Both the position numbers and the translations under genes were made by a program. From NCBI GenBank assembly GCA_035084275.1, contig CM068750.1, positions 6,758,001 through 6,822,000 of the forward strand: a stretch of 64,000 nt of DNA, written 5' to 3'. This document shows positions 13,426 through 26,371 of this stretch, piece by piece. Positions within the stretch are counted from its first letter, which is position 1; each line of letters opens with the position of its first letter. Source of the stretch: Hydrolagus colliei. Its lineage: Eukaryota. The notes beneath the pieces are model-generated. The model ran no database searches, was not told the origin of the DNA, and saw only the letters and a list, made by a program, of their open reading frames with translations.

Positions 13426-14217
13426 ATGAATGAAGTGGCCTCGTGTGATAACAGCACATCTGTGCAGGAGGGGAAGACGATGGTGGGCAGCGTGGTCCTG
13501 TTCGTGGCCGGGATGATTGGCAATGTCCTCGCCCTGGTCATCTTGTTCAAGCACAAGAGGAAATCCAAGCGCACGTCGGTCTTCTACGTGTTGGTGACGG
13601 GTTTGGTGGGCACCGACCTGTCGGGCAAGTGTCTGATCAGCCCCGTGGTGTTCGCCTCTTACGCCAGGAACCAGACCCTGAAAGCTCTCTCCGAGGGCCA
13701 GGTCCTGTGCTCTTACTTCTCGGTCTCCATGTCGTTCTTCGGCTTGAGCTCCACGGTGATCCTCCTGGCCATGGCGGTGGAGTGTTGGCTGTCCATCAGC
13801 CACCCGTTCTTCTACCAGGAACACATCACCAAGCGGGGGGTGTTGGTCCTGCTCCCCCTGGTCTACACCTCCTGTCTGCTGTTCTGTTTGCTGCCGCTGC
13901 TGGAGATCGGCAGCTACAAACAGTACTGTCCCGGCACCTGGTGCTTCATCAACATGACCCCGGTCGACGGCAACGATCGCGTGTACTCGGTGCTGTACGC
14001 CTCGCTGCTGGGGCTGCTGATCGCCGCCGTGCTGGTCTGTAACCTCTCGGTCGGCATCAATTTGGCCAAAATGTTCCGGAGGCAGAGGGAGCGCAGTAAC
14101 TCCACCCTCAACTTCCGAACCGGCAACAGGCGCTTCGCCCACTCGGAGGAGGTCGATCATCTCGTCCTCTTGGTGCTCATGACCGTACTGTTTGTCGTTT
14201 GCTCCGCGCCTCTCACG
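13426..14217 (+). CDS. PTGDR: Prostaglandin D2 receptor DP1-like GPCR, coding exon 1 (N-terminus to TM6, 264 aa)
   Basis: ATG at 13426 (gggATG) within ORF 13360..14268. Prostanoid-receptor motifs GNVLAL, QYCPGTWCF and EEVDHL. DP1 hallmarks: TM2 'TDLSGKCLISP' (Lys) and 'AMAVECWLS' (ECW in place of ERY). Phase-0 donor ACG|gtgagt at 14218, the conserved prostanoid TM6 intron position. Confidence 0.88.
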
Positions 14218-14282
14218 GTGAGTGATTTCTTCCTTCTACTACTATCACCTCCACCGCCGACACCGTGAACGATGGCGCCGAT

Positions 14283-14515
14283 GATAGTCCTTGAATGTTG
14301 AGATGGCCGCCGCGTCTTCCGGACGTCTCAAGGCGCTTCACAGAACATGCTGTAAAGTGAATCGACTGTAATAATTTGTGGGCGAAACGCGGTGTGTGTC
14401 AGTTGCGCACGGCGGCGACCCCACGAACAGTCGCGGGTTGAAATGACCGATTTTATTATTGGGGGGGGGGGGGGGGGGAGAGGGGGGTTGTATTTTTGGA
14501 GGGATTATTATCATA
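14283..14515 (-). mobile_element. tRNA-SINE 3' half, GC-shifted copy
   Basis: Aligns to the family body and tail with many AT-to-GC differences. Confidence 0.8.
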
Positions 14516-14639
14516 AACAATGTGATAAAGTATAAAGTTTCACCCACAATACGGTATAGACACTGGCGTAGACACTTCATGGTATGTGTTTTTTGTTCGT
14601 AAAGTGAATATACTCGCAAAACGAGTTTCAATTTCCAGG

Positions 14640-16152
14640 TTAGAGTGAAAACCTTGGGCGAGTTTCCTTCCTCCACCGGCCCGATAATAATCTGTCCCTC
14701 CCAAAAAAATTGTTCATTTTAATTCACGACTGTTTGTGGGACACAGCCGTGTACAATTGGCTGCCGCGTTTCGCCCACATATAGATATATATATATATAT
14801 GGTATAGTCAATTCACTTTACAGTATATTCTGTGAAGTGCTTCGAGACGTGTAGAAGACGTGAAAAGCACTAATATCAAATGATAGGATTATTATTATTA
14901 TTATTACGTGAAGCACTTTGAGATTCACTCATTCCATGGCTGTATGTATGTATATGTTTGTATGTATGTGGGATATTGCTCTGCGCAAATTGATTGCCAC
15001 ATTCAAAAGTATTATTACTTACAAATGAGAGACCTGGGTTCGATTCCGGTCAGGGCGGAACCTTGGGCAAATTTCCTTATTCCACATGCCTAATAATCCT
15101 TTTAAAAACCCCCCAAATAAATTGGTCATTTCAATCCACGACTGTTTGTGGGACACTGCTGTGTGCACAATTGGCTGCTGTGTTTCGCCCCACAAATATA
15201 CAGTCAATTCACTTGACGGTATATTCTGTGAAGTGTTTTGAGATGTCTGGAAGACGTGGAAAGTGCTACATCAAATGCAAGGCTTGTGATTATCATTTCA
15301 AACATACGGATTATTATTATTGTCAACGGACATACATTGCTCTTCCTATCTCACTTAAGTGACCATTCTCCAAATGCTATCTTATGCATTGAGTATCATG
15401 AGACTTATTGAGTGTGAGAAGCGGTATAGATAGTTAAATTCAATCCTGATATGCACACAGGTGCACACTCCAGCAGGGAAATCTTGACAAGCTCTAAATC
15501 CGACATGGTTTTAGCTTTAAGACGTCTTTAATCTTAGAATTTAAGATGGAGCAAAATGTTAGAAGATTCTTCAATTGAATTCTTATTTAGGAGTTATTTA
15601 TTTGTTTTGATCATTTACTTAACTTAGGACTTATCATGGGGTCTGAGACACCGTCCGGCGTGGAGGGTACTATATAAATCAAAGTTATTGTTAACAAAAC
15701 ACAAAATACTACAGATGCTGGGAATCTGAAACAAAAACAAAAGTTGCTGGGGAAACTCAGCAGGTCAAACAGCATCCGTGGAGAAAGGCAAAGGAGTCAA
15801 CGTTTCGGGTCTACAACCCTTCGTCAGGACAGTCATTGTTACTGTTGCAGTCTAGTAACCCAGTGGTTAGAGCACTCATCAAGCAAGCGAGTGACCTGGG
15901 TTTGATTCCCAGCAGGGAGAAATCTTGGGCAAGTTTCCTTGCTCCACTTGCCTGATAATCATCCCTCAAGAAAAAATAAGAAGAATTTGGTTACTCAATC
16001 CACGACTTCTTGTGGGACACTGGTGTGTGCAATTGGCTGCCACATTTCGTCCACAAATGTAAAGCCAATTCACTTTATAGTATATTCTGTGACGCGCTTT
16101 GAGACATCTGGTAGATGTGAAATGCTCTATATCAAATGCAATTATTATCAAA
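14640..16152 (+). mobile_element. Three + strand SINE copies (14640-14906, 15020-15322, 15850-16152)
   Basis: Each has 'cttgggc.a.tttcctt', the family body and an (ATT)n tail. Confidence 0.88.
15693..15832 (-). mobile_element. Penelope-like element terminus with a minimal hammerhead ribozyme motif
   Basis: Shark-type PLE end 'cagatgctgggaatctgaaacaaaaac...cagcaggtcaaacagcatc'. The - strand reads GUC-CUGACGA-A-GGGU-UGUAG-ACCC-GAAA-C-GUU-GAC. Confidence 0.7.
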
Positions 16153-16599
16153 TATTATTATCTGTTTCCCACAGTTCATAAGCACATAAGGGGTGGGGGG
16201 TGGGGGGAATAAACGACTTGCAAATAAGGTATTGAATTTGTTCCAAGTCATTGGTCATAAAGCTAAGATCATGTGAATTCTCCGTTTTCAGCAACTGTAA
16301 ACCTGGCCAGCGCATGGGTTGGTGAAACTAAATGTAGCAGTCAATGGTACGAATCGTTAATTCAATTCAGATTGTAGAATGAACTTTAGCACCTCTGTGA
16401 TCGGTTCAGTTATGTTGTGCAAAAGCCTTTGGTAAACGAGTCATTGGAGAAACTGAACACATTTCTGGAAACATAGCTAACTTTTATATTCAAAGTGAAT
16501 AATTTCATGGTTGGGAAGTGACACAATAGGCAGCTGCTATTAGTGTTCCAAACTTCCAGATGAGTGTGCTTTGCAATATAGCCAACGCAGCAGTTATCA

Positions 16600-17105
16600 A
16601 CAATGGAAACTCCTCCTTGTTGTCCGTCCTGGTTCTTCCATTCACAAGCTGCCGATCATCCAGAACTCTGCACCTCGTGTTCTCACCCGCCCCAAGCTCC
16701 GTGACCACATCACTCCTACACTTGCCCGGCTCCATTGACTCCCCATCCCCCAGAGGATTGAATTCAAGACACTCGTCCTCACCTTCAAGGCCATTCACCG
16801 CCTTGCCCCTCTACGACCTGCTGTCCCCCTACGAACCTCCCCACCCCCTCCATTCAGCAGGCTCCAGCGTGCTACATGTCCCCTGACCGACCCGTCCTAC
16901 CATCGGTGAATGGGCTTTCAGCCTCTCTACCCCCACATTCTGGAACTCCATACCACAGTCCTCTTCACTCCCTCCCTCGCCTCCTTCAAGGCCGGTCTCA
17001 AGACCCCCGGGCGCTTGACAGCAGCTGAGCACAATACTGTCAATGTCAAGCACTTTGAGACTTCCCCTAGACGTGAAAAGCACTGTATAAATATAAATTA
17101 TACAT
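16600..17105 (+). mobile_element. L2 LINE 3' fragment, degenerate
   Basis: NGNSSL...; 'ccatcccccagaggattgaattcaag'; L2 tail at about 17045-17100. Confidence 0.85.
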
Positions 17106-17257
17106 GACAGTTACTTGGCAAAAAAGAAACATTAACTGTGTGCGGAGCAGGAGAATGGGATCAGATCAAATGATTCAGATTTTGTGGGTCAAATAATTTA
17201 CTTCTGTGTGGTAGCATATTATGATTCTATGACCCAATGACATTTTAAGCAAGTTGC

Positions 17258-18388
17258 GTGTACTCCTCCCTCACCTCTCCTCCCTCCTCAACCTCTAAGG
17301 CTGTGTCCTCGAATGGTTCCAGTCTTATCTCTCCCACCGGCTTCACTTCGTCTCCTCCAACGGCTTTTCCTCCAGCCCCCGCACAGTTCCTGGGGAACCC
17401 AGGGCTCTGTCCTTGGCCCCCTGCTCTTCACTCTCTACACTCTCCCCCTGGGCGACATCATCCACAGACATGGGGTAAATTTCCACATGTATGCGGATGA
17501 CACCCAACCCTACCTCTTCACGTCCACTCTCGACTCCAGGACCACTGGCGTTCTGATGGCATGTTTGTCCGACATTAAGTCCTGGACAAGGGCAAATTTC
17601 CTACAACTCAACGTCAACAAGACGGAGGCTCTCCTGATTGGCTCACGTCAGCACCTCAGGCGCTGACAACATCAACGTTCAAGACTGCTCTCTCCACCTC
17701 TCAAAGCCAATCAGGAATCTGGGCCGAACTATTCTTCCCCGAACTATCTTTCCTCCCCCACATCCGCTCCATGACCGGCACAGCCTTCCACCACCTCCTC
17801 ACCCTCCATGCCGCCAAAATGCTGATTCATGCCTTTATCACTTCCAGGCTCAACTACGGGAACTCTCTCCTCATTGGCCTTCCCATCTCCTCCCTTCACA
17901 GGCTGCAGATCATTCAGAATTCTGCAGCTCGTGTACTCTCCCGCACCAGGCTTCACAACCATATCACTCCCACCCTTGCCTGTCTCCACTCCCCCAGAGG
18001 ATCGAATTCAAGATCCTCGCCCTCACTTTCAAGGCCATTCTCTCTGACCTGCTGTCTCCCTATCAGCCTGCCGTTCCATTCAGCAGACTCAGGCCTGCTC
18101 CGCATCCACCGTCCTAATCACCCAACCATCGGTGGCTGGGCTTTCAGCCTCTCTACCCCCCACGCTACGGAACTCCATCCCGCAGCCCCTCCGCCTTGCT
18201 TCCTCCCTTTCCTCCTTCAAGGCTGGTCGCAAGACCTTCCTCTTTGACTGCGCCTTCAACTCCCCCCCTAACTCTTCCCCCTCTACCACTCTCCTCCCCC
18301 CCCCCCCCCCCCCCCCCACCGTTCAGCGCTTTGGGATGTCCTCCCGATGTGAAAGGCGCTATATAAGTGCAATTTTTATGTTTTTTTG
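17258..18388 (+). mobile_element. L2 LINE RT fragment to 3' end, frameshifted
   Basis: RT motifs [47 protein letters not shown]; L2 tail at about 18325-18385. Confidence 0.93.
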
Positions 18389-21224
18389 TACTTTCATTAT
18401 TTGTTCTTACATTCATTTTAAAGCTCAAAATGTTCCCTTTACATGCCTTTACATAAGCGTAACCATTGTGTTCACAGAGCAGTGTAAGAATAGAATCTCC
18501 ATATTCACATATCAATCTTTAAACTATTTTGACGTCAGTAAAACTAGATGGTTTGCATTGGTCATGGCCAAAATATTTTCTGATTCTGCAAATCTTGGAA
18601 ATTAACTTCCCTCTAAAGCTTATTTTGTTGTACCATAAACCAACCTCAAAATAGCACATTTTAGACTAGTGGCAGGTTTCATCCTATTAACCATATCAAA
18701 TTTAGGTCCCAGAAGTAAATTGACAGTATATTAATGCACAGCAATACAAAGTTCATTTTCATGGTTTTAACACTTCCAGCACTTCTTCATTGAGAGTTTC
18801 TTTGGAAAAAAATGTTTTTGTCTGTGTTCCAAAATGCGAAAGCACGGAATCTAAATTCAGCAAAACGTAACTGTGACTGCTAGTAGCATTTGTTTTACGT
18901 GCATTAGCCCTCAAAATAATAAGCAAAATGGTCTGGGAAAAGCATGAACTCTACTTGACGGAGCACATTCCCAAAATGTCTGGTGAACACTCAAGTAGAT
19001 AGTTACATTTCGCTCACAAAATATGCATCAATTTTCTTTACCATATATTCTAGGAAGCACTTTTGAGACATTTCAAACACGATAAGGTGCTGTATCAAAT
19101 ACAAGTATTAGTATATTATGATTGATATTCATTCTGTTAATTTGGAAACTTTCTTCATAAGAACTGTTGTGAAACAGCTTTCCTGTTAAAACTTAAATGA
19201 ATATTTTCCGTAATTCAGGAAATGTTAAGGCAAAATGATGATACCTGCAAATACTAAATAAATGTTTGGGCTTCTAGAATATAGTCCTTTTGAAGTTCCC
19301 CCCTTTTCAATTGCTAAGAGCAATGAGGTCGATACAGCATTTCTCATGATATCCTGCCTGAGATAAGCTCACTCGGCATTGGGCAGCAATCCAAACTGGC
19401 AACTTCCTGGTCCATTTAGCTCAGTTTCACTCTAATCAGTGTCTTTAGCAGTTGAGATATCAGAGGAGCTCTGCTCTATGTAAATCTTCCATTCCGATAA
19501 TTATTTTGGATGAATTGACCAAAGATTGTAAAGTTAAGCTAACTAAAACATTATTTGTGGAATGATGTCTGATGTCCACGAAAGACACAGATTATGGTTG
19601 TAGAGGTACATTTACACAGATAAGCTTAGGTATGAAGCCAGCCAGCCAGTAGTGAACAACATTTGAGTACTGAGCAGGCAACATTATGAAGATAAGCACA
19701 TGTAGGAGATTGAAGGACAACAACAACACCAATAAAATGCATTTATATAGCGCTCCTCATGCAGGGCAGCATTCCTTTGTGCTTGGGACACTGTCTGTGA
19801 CCCCAGATACCAGGGACTGTTAGTAACAGGGAGTGTGGTTTGTCTCTGTTTGAGCTGCTAAGATTTTGCCACTTTCGCAAACAAACCCATGTGCTTCATG
19901 CAACACGTGAGTGATCTCGTGTGAAAGTGTCTGTTTGGCTCAGATGGTTGTCAGCTGTAACATCAAAGGGTTCAGGCAGTTGGAAACCATAAGATTGAAG
20001 ATCAAGTGGATTGTTAGTATCTGAAACCTAACCTCACATAAAACATTCCTATCTTATATTAGGTAACATAAAGCAAGTTGTTGTTTTGCAATGTTATTCC
20101 ATGACCTTTTGTTGCAAGATATTTTGGTTGTGTTGTTTGTTAGTACTTAATACATTAAACCGGAAAGTTCTCTATGCAAATTGAATTAATGTTCATGTTT
20201 TTCCAATTCCTTTTATCCTTAACTGTTTTCGTGCGACTATTCATTGGAACCGGTTTAATAAGTATGTTTGAAAAGGAGACTTTGCGATGGGTTTTAAGCT
20301 AGAACAAATCACATTTACTTCCACTGAATTCTCAAATAAATTATAAATGGGATCCAATAAGCAGTACCCTTATACCACAAATGTCCTTGAACTCTTTGTG
20401 GTGGGTCTTCATCCCCTCAGCTCTCAAGCTCAGCTCTGATGAGCAACCAGAATTATTAAGCGGTTTGAGATGTCTTCTTATTGTGAAAGGCACTATGTAA
20501 GTGTAAATCGAATTATACTACTATTACTAATAATCCTTAGATTTGATAAGAGTACCTTTCATGTCGGGAGGACTACAAAACAGCCACTGTGATTTAAGGT
20601 ATAGGTTTTACACAAGATTCAATGATTATTGCACCTGGAATTTGAATGTTTGTCAAGTGATTCACAGAAGTGAGCTCATTTGCATTGCAAGAAGCAAACA
20701 TTGAGATGAGATCAATAAACCACTGGAAATGTTAAGTCGTGAATATTATAACTGTAAGGAAATTATATAACCAACCCAATGTGACTGAGGTCACCATTGC
20801 CATTTCATTGTCCCAATTGTAATTATCAAGGCAGCTAATCATGGGTGAAACCATTTCTGACTAATGTGCATTTCCAACCTTTGTGGCAACAGCAGCTCTG
20901 TGTGCTATTATAGGATCTCACCTCTAGTATTACTTCATTCCAGCAGCTTTCATTACCTATCAGAAGTTATCTACCAACAATCACAATCTTATAACCTAAC
21001 GTTAATTAAATGACATTTCAGATGCCTCAGGTAAAATTCTCTCTCTATAATTACATTAGACCCCAACTGATCTTATTAATATTATACGTATGTACACTTG
21101 TATGAACAGGTTTGTTTGTTTCTCTGATTTCAATGTTTCAAATGAACTGAAATGAATAGGATTTTTATTCACAATTGCAGGAAAGAGTAGAGCACAATGC
21201 AATTCAGAATAATTGGATAAATTT

Positions 21225-21745
21225 ATCAACAACAACCACTTCAATTTATATAGCGCCCTCCATACTGGACGGCATCAGAGAATGCTTGACAATAACGAAT
21301 CCACGGCCCTAGCCATGGGCAGGGGGAAAAAAGTGACCGAAGGCGCGGTCAAAAAGAAAGGTCTTCAACTGAGACCCAAAACTAGGACGAGAGGTTCCGA
21401 GGTGAAGGGAGTGAGGAAGGGAGTTCCAGAACTTTGGGGTGTAGTGGCTGAAGGCACGGCCGCCGATGGTGGAGCGGAGGATTCGGACGACAACAAGGAG
21501 ACCAGAACCGGAGGAGTGAAGGCAACGGGTGCGTGTTGGGAAAAGAGAAGGTCAGAGAGGTAGGGGGTTGCAGAAGAGTGGAGAGTTTTGAAAACACATG
21601 AGGATCTTGAAATCAATTCTGTCCAGGATCGATTTCAAGATTATACATCAGGGAGCCAGTGAAGTCTGGCAAGGATTGGGATGATCGGGGAGTGAAGTTT
21701 GATGCGGGTGAGAATATGGGCGGCAGAGTTCTGAATTACATCAAT
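21225..21745 (-). mobile_element. L2 LINE 3' fragment of a second family (different tail)
   Basis: IQNSAAHILTR...LARLHWLP; tail reverse of 'ctctgatgccgtccagtatggagggcgctatataaattgaagtggttgttg'. Confidence 0.85.
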
Positions 21746-23561
21746 AGGAACATGTGCTGAAGTTCCATTTTTACTACTAGTGTCAAATAGCCCTATAGGG
21801 ACTGAGAATTCATACATCAGTCTAATCTCACTGGTCAACTTGGCACAGCTTTTAATTTTTTTTGTACCTTCTTTAAGACACCCACGTTCTTCTGGGAAAC
21901 ATTTGTAATTGATATGTAATGAATAGAATACACAGCACGGGAATTAATTTGCAACTAATAAATATGTTGTTTCCAAATGCATTGATCCAGTTTGGTAGTT
22001 TATTTTTCGGTCCACAATCCTGTACTTGGTGTGAACTAAAATTTCTCTATAACATCTCTATAAATGCAAGGATTATTATACAAGAGTTCACAGTTTACAT
22101 CCCCACACAGTAACTTCTTGCCAATATGGAAAGGCTGCTCAATGGAGATTGCAGGAAAGCTGTGCTCAAGGGCATTGGCAGATTAGATAGTAAATACCAG
22201 AACTAAACACCAGCAACAACTTGCACTTATATAGCGCCTTCCACGTCCGGAAGCATTTCCGTGCTTAACAGTGGTTAAAGCCTGACTCCAAGCTGGCGAA
22301 CTTAGTAAGTTTTACTTCCTCTCCCACTTCCATCATTCCCACTTTTAAGATGTTGTTCGTTGCTTTGATTCTGCTCTTTTTCCAGCAGTTATTTATTGCC
22401 AGTTTCCAGACTCTCATTGATTTGCCCTTTTCCTCATTACCTCAATGCTCCACTGTGTGTGGAGCCCTGAACCTTGGAATCAACAAAGCCATTCAGCAGT
22501 TCAGGCCAAAATCTGAGGAAGAGAGGCAGTTTGCTGTGTACAGTTCACATTCTCAATAATTGCATTGTCAATGTCGAGGGTCTTGTCATTGGACAATAAA
22601 TCTGTAACATTATCCTCAAAGGATCTAGAGACATTGGCCCTTGTGAATTGCTCAGATTGTTTGATGGCTGCCATTTCTTACCAGAAAGGGTGGTTGAGAC
22701 CAGGAAACCTCTCGATGCTGTAATTGGAGGGCAGGTATTCAGGAAGGATGAGATCACATGGGCAGAAAGACCTTCTTTAATCAAACCTCTCTTGCAATCT
22801 TGAAGAAAGCATTCTCTCCCTGTGGCCTGATATTTGCTGATTCTTAAGAGGAATAAGAGAGTTAAGCTTCATCTACAAATATAGCCATTACACTTCCCAA
22901 TAAATCCTGAGAAATCGGGGAAGCTCTGAAATAAATACAGTCAATCTAAACTCAGGTGTAACTGTTCCCCGTACATCACTAACAGCAGAGATGGACTCCA
23001 TGACCTGCTGGATGACAGCCAGAAGTGCTAAACTTGCCACAAACTTGCTAGCACGCTAGTCGGAAGATTTGAATCTTCACAGTAAATAAAATCATTCTTC
23101 TGTGGCCACACAAATAATAGTTTGATGTTCAGAGAAAAGCTGCAATAAACTATACAGGCACTGATTAAAAGCAGAGAGATGACACAAAGTGGATACGTTC
23201 TTGCTCTCCGCACTGCTCAACAAAGCTTTTGGCTAAAACAAACAAGTAAACATTTTAATACATCTCTGATTCACTTGGAACACATATCGGAAATATGATC
23301 CAGTCAGAGTTCATGAGTTCTATTTTGCAATGTTAATACGTTTTTTTAAACTGAAAATTTCTAAAGAAATACTGAAAAGCTCAATACTGAATACCTTATA
23401 CAAAAGTAATGAAAAGTAAAATATAGATAAAGGATTGTTTCACCAAGCTCATTACTTATTAATAATAATAATCCTATATTTACTAGGAGCCAGCTCCTTG
23501 GGATGTCCTCCCGATGTGAAAGGTGCTCTATAAATACAATTTTCTTGTTCTTGGTTGCTGT

Positions 23562-23830
23562 ATAATCCTTGCATTTGATAGAGCGCTTTTTAGGTCTTCT
23601 AGATGTCTCAAAGCATTTCATAGAATATACTATAAAGTGAATTGACTGTACATATGTGGGTGAAACTTAGCAGTGTCCCACATCAGCTGAGAATTGACTA
23701 ATTTTTGGGCGATTTTTTGGGGAGGGATTATTATCAGACTTGTGGAGTAAGGAAATTTGCCACGGTTTCACCCTGCCTGGAAGCGAACCCAGGTCTCTCG
23801 CTTGTACAGCAAGTGCTCTTAACGGTAGCA
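23562..23830 (-). mobile_element. tRNA-SINE about 70 bp upstream of the PTGDR exon 2 acceptor
   Basis: Tail, body and head 'gaacccaggtctctcgcttgtacagcaagtgctctt'. Confidence 0.85.
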
Positions 23831-23902
23831 ATAGATACAGCATATAGCATGTTGTCCACTCGCTATTTATCATTAAATAATTTGTATTGTTCCTTTTTAC
23901 AG

Positions 23903-24112
23903 GTTCGTGCTTATATTGGTGCATTTGCTCCCGATAACAAAGACAGTGAAGATCTAATTGCCCTGAGACTTGCATCTGTGAATTCAATTGTTAACCCATG
24001 GGTTTTCATCATATTCAGAACATCTATAGTTCGGAAATTAGCTTCCACATGTTGCAATTATTCTTCAACTGCGAACATGGACTCTTTGCCTGAATTGAAG
24101 AGCAATACGTGA
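23903..24112 (+). CDS. PTGDR: DP1-like GPCR, coding exon 2 (ECL3, TM7, C-tail; 69 aa + stop)
   Basis: Acceptor 'ttcctttttacag|GTT'. Reads [41 protein letters not shown]...[13 protein letters not shown], with the TM7 ligand-binding Arg and DP-like RAYxGAF, IIFR and NMxS tail. Intron 14218-23902 (9685 nt). Confidence 0.88.
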   Translation, partial: VRAYIGAFAPDNKDSEDLIALRLASVNSIVNPWVFIIFRTSIVRKLASTCCNYSSTANMDSLPELKSNT

Positions 24113-26371
24113 TTTGGAAGGACTATTTGTATTATTTTTCTGCTGCTTTGTTTACATCAAATATGCATGCAATTTACTGCATTTTACATTCATATCAATT
24201 GAAAGTGTGTATGATAAACTCCAGAGCAACGAGCTGCCATCCTGGTTCAGAGCAGTGGCATTGGGGTGTAGGTTCACAAGGATTTGTTTCACTTCATCTC
24301 AGCTGTAGTATCATTCAGCACTGACTGAATTATACTGAAGAAAAAGTTCCATTGCATGTTATGCAACTGATGTCTCAATATAGTAACCGCATGATACCCA
24401 TCCAATAATTAACATCTGAAAACTTCCTAACCTGTTTAACCTGAAAATTCTCGAACTGAAATCTGATTTTATACCACAAACTGATTAATGAGGTGATCAG
24501 CAAGAATTTCTGAAATATGTTCTCAGAAACCAGAATGTTTTCATTTTAATGTACTTAGAGTTTAGTTCGGGAAGAAACACTGTACTAATGCGTATCATTG
24601 ATACAACAGAGGATATTTTCCAAGTTTTTGACAGCCGCAGACGCTAGATATATTGAAATGTGGATGTATTGCATAGGTGAATATAATTTCCTGATCAATG
24701 TAAAAAATGTTTTAGGGTTTAATTCCCAAAGGCTGTCACATTCAACATTACAAAACCAATATACAGAATCAATGTATGCTTGTGCATTTAAAAAAATAAA
24801 CCTGGTTTGCATGTTAAAGAACTGTTGATGCGTGTGAATTGAAGTGCACACACTACGATAAACATGTTGTTGCTTGCCCAACCCAGCATAACTATTTTAA
24901 AATAATGCATTTGTAATAGTTTTTCTAGTTGGGGAAACAGAAGGTTTATGGGACAGCTGTGACCATAGCGTTGATGTCAGGGTGGTAGAATCAAAGTAAG
25001 TGTGGTACCATTATACTTTATGCTCTCCCACAAAACTATGCATGTTAATTACACTTTACAGTACATTGTAGTGCTTTGAGATGTCCTGAGGTGGAAGGTA
25101 TAGTATCAACTATAAGTTATTAATCGTAGTAATGATTCCAGTGAATTCCCAATTCATATAAAACCCTCCTTCGTATTACTACAAATTGTATTTCTGGACA
25201 AAAATAATCTTGTTTTGTTTCCTTATACATATCCTTATATGTGGTATTTAAAGCCTTTCCATTGTCAGCAATTTTCTATAAATATTGACATGCTTAGCAG
25301 CCAAGGGATCCGACTGTTTATAGAGCATCCTGTTCAGGTGGGCCAACAGTCTACTAAGAGTTAGCGTTAAAACAAAGTGGTTTTTTTAAAGTAGGAAAAT
25401 TATGCGCCTATGGAATTCAGGTTGTGGTGTAGTGCAAAATGGAATTAGTGTAGCAAGCGAGGAGAAAGTAGATGTATAATAATGTATCAACTAATGTAGT
25501 ATATGTTTAACTAGGGAGTGAAAATGGGAATAAATGATAGAGAACGAGAGAGGTTAGAGGCACATGGGGAAATATTGTGTTGGGAACTTCTGACTAATAC
25601 TGGCAGTTGTAAGTAAAGGTTAAAAAAAATGAAAGTTAAAGACTGTAAGGAAGAATTAAAATTAAGAAACATTATTGATCATGAGATGATTCAGAGTTCA
25701 CAATGATAGCTTCCAGATACTGTCAATTAAGGGATAGGTTCACCTGTTGGACTTCTGGGTACACCAGCATTAGGCAAATGGGCAGTGTGTTTTGCCCTCA
25801 AAACATACAGTCAATTCAGTTTACAGTATATTCTGTGAGACGTTTTGAGACCTCTCGAAGATGTGATAAAGAGCTAAATCAAATGCAAGGATTATAATTA
25901 TTATTAACAGGCGGGAAAGATATTTGATGGATGTACCAGGTTGGTGTCCCAAAGTCTGAGATACGATGAAGAAGTTTTTATGACTTAAAAGTCTCAACGC
26001 AGTGAAATTTAAGATGAACTTTTCACACTTGGCACTAGGAGCCACCAAAAATTCCTTGATTCTTTTGTGTCTCATGTTGTTATGGTTAAAACATCATAAC
26101 TTCAGGGCGTTGTGTGTGTATATAAAAAAAATTGGTTGAATTATTTGGGAATATGAAATGGCTAATCAAATTTTGTATATGAGCCTACAAAACACATTTT
26201 GAATATACTATAAGCGTCACATCGACTAAATCCAGGGAAGTGAGTAAGGTTCTGAGATGAATGGGATCGAGCACCATTCAGATTCTGAAGCCTTCCCAGA
26301 AATGTGTTTTCCAAGCAGTCTTTGTTTATTGTGGCTCAGAAGGTTTTTAAAAGTATAAGATTGTTCTGACC

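Noticed and set aside
13011-14160. Long antisense and alternative-frame ORFs over PTGDR exon 1 (274, 187, 137 aa)
   Set aside because: Shadows of high-GC3 coding sequence and GA/CT microsatellites; no independent protein features.
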